Positions 51,802 to 59,367 of a DNA stretch of 64,000 nt are shown piece after piece. This stretch comes from Patescibacteria group bacterium. Its GTDB lineage: Bacteria > Patescibacteriota > Minisyncoccia > Phycocordibacterales > Phycocordibacteraceae. Where the stretch lies: assembly GCA_040390125.1 (NCBI GenBank), contig JAZJYZ010000001.1, positions 442,396-506,395 on the forward strand. The letters are read 5' to 3'. The number at the start of each line of letters is the position of its first letter. Within the stretch, counting starts at the first letter, position 1. A model generated the notes under the pieces. It did no database searches. It had not been told where the DNA came from and saw nothing but the letters and a program-made list of their open reading frames with translations. A program made the translations under genes and the position numbers.

Positions 51802-52833
51802 ATGAAGTCAGTTTTCGTTGGTTTGTCGGGTGGAGTTGATTCTGCGGTTTCGGCGTACCTTTTGAAGAAGCAGGGATATAAAGTAGTGGGGGCTTTTATA
51901 AAGGGATGGGAGCCTGACTTTTTACCATGCACCGGAGTACGGGACAGGATGGAAGCAATGAGGGTGGCGGCTCACCTTGGTATACCTTTCGTTACGTACG
52001 ATTTATCGGAGGAATATAAACGAGAGGTTGTTGATTATTTTGTTGAGGAATATAGGCAAGGCAAGACACCGAATCCGGATGTGATGTGCAACAGAGTCGT
52101 CAAATTTGGTGCATTCTGGAAAAAGGCAAAAGCGGATGGCGCAGATTTCATCGCCACTGGTCATTATGCAAGTAACAGCCAGCTTTCAGCTTCTAGCTTT
52201 CAGCTTTCAGCTTCTGAAGACAAAGAGAAAGATCAAACGTATTTTCTTTGGACACTAACACAAGATGATCTCAGTCACTCTCTCTTTCCGGTGGGCGAAC
52301 TTGAAAAAAGTGAAGTGCGACGGCTTGCTCTTGAAGCCGGACTTCCGAATGCCAAGCGTCCTGACTCACAAGGGCTCTGTTTTTTAGGACACGTTGATAT
52401 GCCCGCTTTTCTGAAGCGCTATTTACCAAGCGAAGAGGGTGTTGTCCGCAATCAGGCTGGAGTAGCAATTGGAACTCATGACGGAGCGTATTTTTATACA
52501 GTAGGTCAGCGTCATGGATTTACCGCAAAAGGAGGTGAACGCATGTATGTAGTAGCAAAAAATATACAGAAGAATGAGTTGATAGTTGCAGAAAAACCAA
52601 TAGGAGAGAACTCAAAAAAAACATTTGCATATTCAAATCAAAATTGGATATTTGGAGATGTGCCTACAGACACTATTTTTGCTCGCTACCGCTATCGACA
52701 GGAATTGTTGCCAGTGAGGATTCATGATAATCAGGTGTCTTTTGAAACTCCACAAGCAATAGCTCTAGGTCAATCACTCGTTATGTATGACAAAACAGGA
52801 AAGATTTGTCTCGGTGGGGGTATAGTAGCTTGA
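51802..52833 (+). CDS. mnmA: tRNA-specific 2-thiouridylase MnmA, carrying an in-frame heptamer-repeat insertion
   Basis: 343 aa. PP-loop GLSGGVDSAV, catalytic Cys in KDQTYFL and CFLGH. The segment SNSQLSASSFQLSASE is encoded by 5 x AGCTTYC at 52181..52215. Confidence 0.9.
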   Translation: MKSVFVGLSGGVDSAVSAYLLKKQGYKVVGAFIKGWEPDFLPCTGVRDRMEAMRVAAHLGIPFVTYDLSEEYKREVVDYFVEEYRQGKTPNPDVMCNRVVKFGAFWKKAKADGADFIATGHYASNSQLSASSFQLSASEDKEKDQTYFLWTLTQDDLSHSLFPVGELEKSEVRRLALEAGLPNAKRPDSQGLCFLGHVDMPAFLKRYLPSEEGVVRNQAGVAIGTHDGAYFYTVGQRHGFTAKGGERMYVVAKNIQKNELIVAEKPIGENSKKTFAYSNQNWIFGDVPTDTIFARYRYRQELLPVRIHDNQVSFETPQAIALGQSLVMYDKTGKICLGGGIVA

Positions 52834-53063
52834 AGAATATGAGTGAATTTATTGGGCAGATTCCTTTTTCTAGAAAAATGCGTGGCAGGTGCTCATTTGA
52901 GGATAGGGGGCCGTATGACACAGTTGGAAACTGCATTTCCTGTAATTGGTATACGGGGAGCACATATATCGAAGAGGGCAGGATTCGTATCGGAGGAATG
53001 CTCAATGTTCATAAGCTTTGCAGACGCTGTGCTCACAGCTAAATAACGAGTTATCATTATTGT

Positions 53064-53891
53064 ATGCCTAACATTAAAAAAGGGGATGGAACGATAGAGC
53101 CATTTGATGTGGAGAAACTGGTTGCATCACTCCGTCGTTCAGGAACAGACACTACCCTTGCAGAGCAAGTGGCAAAGCGAGTAGGGGCAGGTGTTAAAGA
53201 TGGGATGACTACCACTGCAATTTACCAGGAAGCATTCAAGGTTCTTCATAAAGAAGAGCGTGTATCCGCTGCACGGTACTCGATGCGTCGAGCCATTCTT
53301 GATCTAGGGCCTACAGGATTCCCCTTTGAGAAGTTTATTGCCGCCCTCATGCACGCTAAAGGATATGAAACTTCATATGGCGTTACGGTGCAAGGAAGAT
53401 GCATTGATCACGAAGTTGATGTGGTGATGCTAAAGAACGGTAAAGCTATTGGTGCTGAATTAAAGTTTCATAATACTCCCGGGCTTAAAACAGATTTAAA
53501 AACTGCACTCTATGTGCGTGCGAGGTATTGGGATATTCAATGGGGGGCAGAGGATAGGAAAGAAAAAGCAGGTATTGATGAAGGGTGGCTTGTCACCAAC
53601 ACAAAATTTACCTCAAAAGCCATTGAGTATTCAAATTGTTCGGGCATCAAACTTCTCGGTTGGAGTTATCCTAATGGTGCAAGTTTGTCAGATTTTATTC
53701 GGGAAACTGGAGTATATCCGATCACCATTTTAACAACACTCTCACAGTCAGAAAAAACTCGTCTCCTTCAAGCGGGTATCACCATGTGCCACATGGTGAT
53801 GAGCGATCCAGATTCACTCAAGAGTATTGGTATTTCAGAAAAGAAACAGAGTTTAGTAGTTGAAGAAAGTAAGGCAATCTGCCAAGTCTAA
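53064..53891 (+). CDS. ATP-cone domain fused to an Mrr-like (PD-(D/E)XK) restriction endonuclease domain
   Basis: 275 aa. The N-terminal approx 90 aa are ATP-cone-like (KKGDGTIEPFDVEKL...TTTAIYQEAFKVL...AARYSMRR). This is followed by FPFEKFIAALMHAKGYE...GRCIDHEVDVV...AELKF, which matches the Mrr catalytic-domain consensus (FEELVAELL..GYE / GDGGIDIIA / VQCK). Confidence 0.6.
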   Translation: MPNIKKGDGTIEPFDVEKLVASLRRSGTDTTLAEQVAKRVGAGVKDGMTTTAIYQEAFKVLHKEERVSAARYSMRRAILDLGPTGFPFEKFIAALMHAKGYETSYGVTVQGRCIDHEVDVVMLKNGKAIGAELKFHNTPGLKTDLKTALYVRARYWDIQWGAEDRKEKAGIDEGWLVTNTKFTSKAIEYSNCSGIKLLGWSYPNGASLSDFIRETGVYPITILTTLSQSEKTRLLQAGITMCHMVMSDPDSLKSIGISEKKQSLVVEESKAICQV

Positions 53892-53908
53892 AGATACAAT
53901 GCACTAGT

Positions 53909-54745
53909 ATGTCTCAGTATTACAAACCACATCGAAAAGTTGATTGGAACTATGGTGGCCCACGCTGGCGTTTGTCGCGTTCGAAAATAGACCTCTTCAT
54001 TCAATGTCCACGCTGTTTTTATATCGACAACAAGCTTGGTACCGCACGTCCCCCAGGATTTCCTTTCAATTTGAACTCCGCCGTCGACAAGCTTCTCAAA
54101 AAAGAGTTTGACATCCATCGGGCTGCAAAAAGCTCTCACCCATTAATGAGTGAATATGGAATCGATGCCGTGCCATTTCAGCACGAGAAGATGAATACGT
54201 GGAGAGAGAACTTTAAGGGTATTGATTTTTCTCATACACCCACAGGTTTTACTGTCTCAGGAGCCATAGACGATGTGTGGGTTAACCCACAGGGCGAACT
54301 GCATATTGTTGACTACAAAGCCACCAGTAAAGATGAGGAAGTAACGCTGGATGCTGAGTGGCAGGACGGGTATAAACGTCAGATGGAAATATACCAATGG
54401 TTATTTCGCCAAAACGGCTTTACAGTTTCCGACACTGGCTACTTCGTCTACGCTAACGGGAAAACCGATACGGAAGCATTTGACGCTAAGCTCGAGTTTG
54501 ATGTGAAAGTAATTCCTTACACTGGCAAGGCAAACTGGATTGATAAAACACTTTTGGAAATCAAAGCGTGCCTGGACACGGACGCAATTCCGCAGACAGG
54601 TGAAGCGTGTGACTACTGCACCTACCGCAAGGCAGTTGGAGAGGTGCTTCAGCCATTTATAAAAAAAGATGCACCGGGTTCAAACGTACGTAAGGCAAAA
54701 TCAAAAGATAACGAAGACTCACATGAGCAATCCCTTTTCGGGTAG
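53909..54745 (+). CDS. Cas4-like PD-(D/E)XK nuclease with a predicted Fe-S cluster (stand-alone, no CRISPR)
   Basis: 278 aa. N-terminal IQCPRCFY (Cas4/AddB-type Cys motif). Nuclease motifs AIDDV, IVDYKATSK and QMEIYQWL (QxxxY). C-terminal Cys triad C-x12-C-x2-C (KAC...EACDYC). Confidence 0.6.
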   Translation: MSQYYKPHRKVDWNYGGPRWRLSRSKIDLFIQCPRCFYIDNKLGTARPPGFPFNLNSAVDKLLKKEFDIHRAAKSSHPLMSEYGIDAVPFQHEKMNTWRENFKGIDFSHTPTGFTVSGAIDDVWVNPQGELHIVDYKATSKDEEVTLDAEWQDGYKRQMEIYQWLFRQNGFTVSDTGYFVYANGKTDTEAFDAKLEFDVKVIPYTGKANWIDKTLLEIKACLDTDAIPQTGEACDYCTYRKAVGEVLQPFIKKDAPGSNVRKAKSKDNEDSHEQSLFG

Positions 54746-54844
54746 TTTGTTTTTTAAAATTGCATTTTCCTCGTAGATCTGTTGTGGGGTTCTTGATGTG
54801 TTTTTTTCTATCCCACACTCTGAATGTCTAGTCAGTCGATTAGT

Positions 54845-54880
54845 TTTTATCTTATAAGATAAAATTATCTGATAAGATAA
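54845..54880. promoter_or_regulatory. TTTTATCTTATAAGATAAAA perfect palindrome plus adjacent TTATCTGATAAGATAA half-sites, downstream of the TrpR-like gene 1
   Basis: 20-bp perfect dyad. The same core lies at 55356..55379 at the start of the same gene. Confidence 0.6.
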
Positions 54881-54918
54881 AAACTCAAGAATAAGTGAAA
54901 AGTAAAAAAATCAGAAGG

Positions 54919-55350
54919 TTAACCGATTTTCTTTTTCTTAGGTTCTGGAAACAGAAGAAAGTGTAATGGATATTTTCGCTTCATTGCCCTAAATGAAAAT
55001 GGACCATATTCAATCTCAAAACGTTTCTCTCGCCCTTTAAATTCTTTCTCCATTCCCTTGATAGCTTGTTCATACCCTGGCAATTGGTCTTCAAGCCACC
55101 TCGCCACCTTATAGATTGTTTTATAACTGAGTTTGAGCTTCGCAGCTATAACGTCATATTTTTCTCCTTTGAGTAGTAATCGAGCTATCCACACTCGTCG
55201 ACCAAGCATAATGCGTTCACTTTCCGTCAATAAATCTCGAAGAAAGAGCTTGACGGCATCTCGACCACGAACAGAGCTCGCTGCTGTATACAGCATATCG
55301 AGTGTCCGCATACGTTCTTTATCGGTTAAATCTTTTGCTTTGCGTTTCAT
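54919..55350 (-). CDS. TrpR/YerC-YecD-family DNA-binding protein, paralog 1
   Basis: 143 aa. LTESERIMLGRRVWIARLLLKGEKYDVIAAKLKLSYKTIYKV fits the YerC/YecD TrpR-like HTH pattern. Confidence 0.6.
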   Translation of the reverse strand: MKRKAKDLTDKERMRTLDMLYTAASSVRGRDAVKLFLRDLLTESERIMLGRRVWIARLLLKGEKYDVIAAKLKLSYKTIYKVARWLEDQLPGYEQAIKGMEKEFKGREKRFEIEYGPFSFRAMKRKYPLHFLLFPEPKKKKIG

Positions 55351-55355
55351 ATCTC

Positions 55356-55379
55356 AACTTTATCTTATAAGATAAAGTT
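55356..55379. promoter_or_regulatory. AACTTTATCTTATAAGATAAAGTT palindrome 6 nt upstream of the paralog-1 start codon; candidate operator overlapping a -10-like TATAAG
   Basis: 24-bp perfect dyad. Start codon at 55348-55350 on the minus strand. Confidence 0.6.
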
Positions 55380-55433
55380 GCAATTCGTTATACACATAAT
55401 TTTTGAAAGAGTGAGTATGATAAAATCCACTAT

Positions 55434-55715
55434 ATGAAAACGGTGCGTTTTGGAGGGAAAACTTTCAGAGAAGAAGTTGTTGCGGTAGTGAAGAAAATTC
55501 CAAAAGGGAAAACGCTCTCGTATGGGCAAGTAGCTTTGGCAGCTGGGCGTCCAAATGCGGGAAGGGCAGTTGGAGCTATTATGGCGGGAAATCAAGATAA
55601 AACAGTGCCGTGCCATAGAGTTATTCGCTCTGACGGAAAGATTGGTGGCTACAATGGACTTCGAGATGGATTGACTAAAGAAGAGCTTTTAAGAAAAGAG
55701 GGTGCCATTCGTTAA
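55434..55715 (+). CDS. Methylated-DNA--protein-cysteine methyltransferase DNA-binding domain protein (Ogt C-terminal domain, PCHRV active site)
   Basis: 93 aa. GKTLSYGQVALAAGRPNAGRAVGAIMAGN...VPCHRVIRSDGKIGGY. Confidence 0.75.
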   Translation: MKTVRFGGKTFREEVVAVVKKIPKGKTLSYGQVALAAGRPNAGRAVGAIMAGNQDKTVPCHRVIRSDGKIGGYNGLRDGLTKEELLRKEGAIR

Positions 55716-55718
55716 TGT

Positions 55719-56387
55719 ATGGACGTTCGTCTAGAGCCATCGTGGAAAGAAAAATTGAAAGAGGAATTTGAAAAGTCATATTTCAAAATACTGACTTCAT
55801 TTGTTAAAGATGCCTATACAAAAGGTTCGGTATACCCACATCCAAAAAATATCTTTCGTGCGCTTGATTTGTGTCCATTTGATGCAGTGAGGGTGGTTAT
55901 TTTGGGTCAGGATCCTTACCACGGGAAAGGGCAAGCAAACGGTTTATCTTTTGCGGTTGAGAGCGGAGTACGGCCACCGCCATCGCTTCAAAATATATTT
56001 AAAGAAATTCAGTCAGATATCGGGAAACCTCTTATTCACACTGATGGCGACTTATCGAGGTGGGCAATGCAGGGAGTGTTACTTTTAAACGCAACGCTCA
56101 CCGTAGAGGCTGGTATGGCAGGCTCGCATCAGGGTAAAGGTTGGGAGGAATTTACTGATGCAGTAATTAGACTACTTTCAGAGGAACGTGAAAATCTGGT
56201 TTTTATTCTGTGGGGTAATTATGCAAAAGCAAAGGGTGCACACATTGATCGCACAAAACACTTAGTTATTGAGTCGCCACACCCTTCACCATTCTCCGCC
56301 TTTAGTGGATTTTTTGGTAGCAAGCCATTCAGCAAAGCAAACAACTATCTCAGCTCGCACGGAATGCCCCCCATCGATTGGCTCTAG
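55719..56387 (+). CDS. ung: Uracil-DNA glycosylase, family 1
   Basis: 222 aa. ILGQDPYHGKGQANGLSFAV water-activating loop and the HPSPFSA motif. Confidence 0.9.
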   Translation: MDVRLEPSWKEKLKEEFEKSYFKILTSFVKDAYTKGSVYPHPKNIFRALDLCPFDAVRVVILGQDPYHGKGQANGLSFAVESGVRPPPSLQNIFKEIQSDIGKPLIHTDGDLSRWAMQGVLLLNATLTVEAGMAGSHQGKGWEEFTDAVIRLLSEERENLVFILWGNYAKAKGAHIDRTKHLVIESPHPSPFSAFSGFFGSKPFSKANNYLSSHGMPPIDWL

Positions 56388-56448
56388 ATGTATTAAGAAG
56401 GCGGCACTATTTTTTTTTTTGCTATTAAAATTACTTCTATCCACGATA

Positions 56449-56476
56449 TAAACTATACGATATATCGTATAGTTTA
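56449..56476. promoter_or_regulatory. TAAACTATACGATATATCGTATAGTTTA palindrome downstream of the TrpR-like gene 2 (and of ung, convergent)
   Basis: 28-bp perfect dyad. An identical core is at 56924..56955. Confidence 0.6.
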
Positions 56477-56504
56477 AGAGAAAAGCTATTTTGTAGACTA
56501 TTTT

Positions 56505-56921
56505 CTATTGAGGGGACGCATTGTCTGTGAGAAATTTCCATCTGCCTTTCCCTCTGGGTGGAAGTGCTATCTCTAGGAGAGTTTCTATTTTTTCCCAAAA
56601 TCCCTTTAACTCCAGACTCTCTCGCAATATTTCTTCCACTCTTTTTAGTTTTCCTCGTTCCAGCTTTAGCTGTAAACGTGCGATCGTCGAAGGGCTAATC
56701 ATTAATGTTTTTTGAATACGATATGGAGACATACCTCGGAGAAGGAGGGCAATGATAGCTAAACGTTTTGCTAGCATAATGCGTTCTGTGTTAGTAAAAA
56801 ATTCATCGAGAAAAGGACTATCCACTTTTCTATATTTCAGTGTGAGTAACGTTTTTCTGAACTCTTTATAAATAGAATTTGCTATTTCTTCCTTGAGAGG
56901 GTGCTTTGAGACATGTGGCAT
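56505..56921 (-). CDS. TrpR/YerC-YecD-family DNA-binding protein, paralog 2
   Basis: 138 aa. NTERIMLAKRLAIIALLLRGMSPYRIQKTLMISPSTIARLQ. Confidence 0.6.
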   Translation of the reverse strand: MPHVSKHPLKEEIANSIYKEFRKTLLTLKYRKVDSPFLDEFFTNTERIMLAKRLAIIALLLRGMSPYRIQKTLMISPSTIARLQLKLERGKLKRVEEILRESLELKGFWEKIETLLEIALPPRGKGRWKFLTDNASPQ

Positions 56922-56923
56922 GT

Positions 56924-56955
56924 TATAAACTATACGATATATCGTATAGTTTATA
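56924..56955. promoter_or_regulatory. TATAAACTATACGATATATCGTATAGTTTATA palindrome beginning 3 nt upstream of the paralog-2 start codon
   Basis: 32-bp perfect dyad. Start codon at 56919-56921 on the minus strand. Confidence 0.6.
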
Positions 56956-57019
56956 AAAAGGTATCATCTGGATAACTAAATAACTAAGAAGCTAGATAAC
57001 TGGAGCTAGTATTCTGAGT

Positions 57020-58987
57020 TCACCAAATTTTTGCACGAGCACTGGGAGCTCGATAGAGTTTGTCTCCTTTTTTTACGCCGAACGCTTCGTAGAACTCAGG
57101 TAGGTTTGAAAACGGCCCGTTCACACGAAACTCCGATGGGGAGTGTGGGTCAGTCATAACAATAGTCTTTAGAAATTCTGGCCTGGAAATTTCTCGCTCT
57201 CCTTGTGCACAGCCGAGGAAAAAGCGTTGCTCTGGAGTAAAGCCGTCAATGTTTTTTTTCTCTTTCTTTTGTAGATGTTTTTGATATGCGTCGTATGCAA
57301 TTGAGATGCCTCCAAGGTCAGCAATGTTTTCTCCAAGCGTTAATTTGCCGTTTACGTGAATACCAGGGAGTACTTCAAAGGCGTCAAATTGCTTCGCGAG
57401 AACTTTTGCTTTCTTCTCAAACTGCATACGATCTTTTTTGGTCCACCAACTTTTTAAATTTCCTTTTTCATCGAACTTAGAGCCTTGGTCGTCGAAGCTA
57501 TGGGTTATCTCGTGTCCGATGGTATAGCCAATAGCTCCATAGTTCACGGCATCGTCAGCAGAGGGGTCAAAAAACGGTGCTTGCAGAATCGCAGCGGGGA
57601 AGACTATTTCATTAAGTCCTGGATTGAAATAGGCGTTGACCGTTTGTGGAGACATATGCCACTCACTTCGGTCCACTGGTTTTGCTAGTTTTCGTAGCTG
57701 TCTCTTGTGTTCAAACTCAGACACACGAAGTGCATTTCCAAAATAGTCGGTCGGTTTAATAGTGAGTCCTCTGTAGCTTTTCCACCGGTTCGGGTAGGCG
57801 AGCTTGCGGGTCATGGCACGCAATTTAACTAGTGCTCGTTTTTTTGTCGGTGTGCTCATCCACTCCAAACTAAGAATGCGTTCTTTAAATGCGTCGAACA
57901 AATCGTCGACTATTTTGTTTACTTTCTTTTTAGCTTCTGCACTGAAGTGTTTCTGTACATACAATTGTCCTAATGCTTCTCCCAAAGATCCATTTACCGC
58001 TACCAACCCTCGCCTCCAGAGGGGTTTCATTTTAGTAGTGCCCATGAGAGCACGACCGTAAAAATTAAAACTTTCACGTACCAATGCTGGCGAGAGAAGG
58101 GATGCTGTTTGGTTTATGAGTTGGCATTCAAAGTACACTTTTAGCTTTTCAATCGGTGTGGTTTTTACTATTTTTTCAACTTCTTTAAAAAACAGTGGTT
58201 GACCAACTATCATCTCGTGAGGTTTTGGTATGCCGAAAAGTTTCAAGTATCGTCTCCAAGAAATAGCAGGAGTGAAATGCTCGAGCGCTGTAATTGTTTT
58301 TTTGTGATACGTCTTGTCGGGGTCACGGACATCTACTTTGTTCATCGAAGCTTTTGCGAGCCTCGTTTCGATTTCCATGGCGATTTCCATCTTTCCTTGT
58401 GCTTCCTTAGAGTTCACGCCAAGAAGTTTCAACAGCGCTTGGAGGTGTAGTTTGTAGGCATTTCGAATACGTACTGACTCCTTGTCGTCCTTAAGATAAT
58501 AGTCCCTGTCGGGCATTCCCAGCCCACTTTGGTACAAATGGAGTATGTTTTTTTCACTTTTCTTTGAGTCTTGATCAACGGCAGTTCCCCACAAGACATC
58601 AATGCCAACTCGATGCAGGTGTGCAATGCACGTAATTAGCTCGTCTCTTGTGGATACGTTATTGATGAGCGTAAGCCATTTTTGAATTGGCTGTGACCCG
58701 GCGACTTTCCGTGCCTGTATGTCTATTGCAGAGGTGTAATAATCTTTGACTAATTGCTCTGAACTGCCTTGTGTAAAATTTTTCTTGGATTCGAGACTTT
58801 TCAAAATAATTCGTAATTGCTTTTCTGTATCATAGCGAAGGGTTATAAAACTACCCCAACGGCTCTCGGTTGGTGGAATGGTGTTTTTCTGTATCCAACC
58901 ACCGTTTGTGTAGCGGAAAAAATCATCCTGGGGTCTGACGGATCGGTCGAGAGTCGACAGATCAAAGCCCCATTTCTTTTTATTCAT
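57020..58987 (-). CDS. M13 family zinc metalloendopeptidase (PepO/neprilysin-like)
   Basis: 655 aa. HEITH zinc motif (GHEITHSFD) and the GENIAD motif of M13 peptidases. Confidence 0.9.
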   Translation of the reverse strand: MNKKKWGFDLSTLDRSVRPQDDFFRYTNGGWIQKNTIPPTESRWGSFITLRYDTEKQLRIILKSLESKKNFTQGSSEQLVKDYYTSAIDIQARKVAGSQPIQKWLTLINNVSTRDELITCIAHLHRVGIDVLWGTAVDQDSKKSEKNILHLYQSGLGMPDRDYYLKDDKESVRIRNAYKLHLQALLKLLGVNSKEAQGKMEIAMEIETRLAKASMNKVDVRDPDKTYHKKTITALEHFTPAISWRRYLKLFGIPKPHEMIVGQPLFFKEVEKIVKTTPIEKLKVYFECQLINQTASLLSPALVRESFNFYGRALMGTTKMKPLWRRGLVAVNGSLGEALGQLYVQKHFSAEAKKKVNKIVDDLFDAFKERILSLEWMSTPTKKRALVKLRAMTRKLAYPNRWKSYRGLTIKPTDYFGNALRVSEFEHKRQLRKLAKPVDRSEWHMSPQTVNAYFNPGLNEIVFPAAILQAPFFDPSADDAVNYGAIGYTIGHEITHSFDDQGSKFDEKGNLKSWWTKKDRMQFEKKAKVLAKQFDAFEVLPGIHVNGKLTLGENIADLGGISIAYDAYQKHLQKKEKKNIDGFTPEQRFFLGCAQGEREISRPEFLKTIVMTDPHSPSEFRVNGPFSNLPEFYEAFGVKKGDKLYRAPSARAKIW

Positions 58988-59367
58988 CTTGCTTAGTGTA
59001 ACTTGTTATTGTGTTTAGAAAAATTATTTGACATGTTATTAATTCCAATGTATATTTTTTCCCATGAGACCTGGGCGAGCAGAAGGTATGGCTGGATATG
59101 AAGCCCGCATTCGTGAGTTAAATTTGAAACGCAGAGATCCGGTTATTTTAAGAAATACAAGAAGGTTCTTCGTTGGCTCAAGGCCGGGAATTGTAGTTGC
59201 TCTAGTGAGAGGCTGGGAAGTTGAAGATTTTACTTCGGCAGGCAATGTGATTCTTCGACATACAACTGCACGCTGGAAGGGTAAACCTATTACTACTACA
59301 GTGTCACCACGTAGCATCGAGGCGGGTCGATTTTAGAGATTTTTACACTGTTCCTTTGTGATAGGAT

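Noticed and set aside
52806-53046. Two overlapping small ORFs (78 and 67 aa) between mnmA and the ATP-cone gene.
   Set aside because: They overlap each other in different frames and overlap the mnmA 3' end. They have no features, so they are probably non-coding spacer. The Cys-rich fragment is noted, but there is not enough evidence to call a gene.
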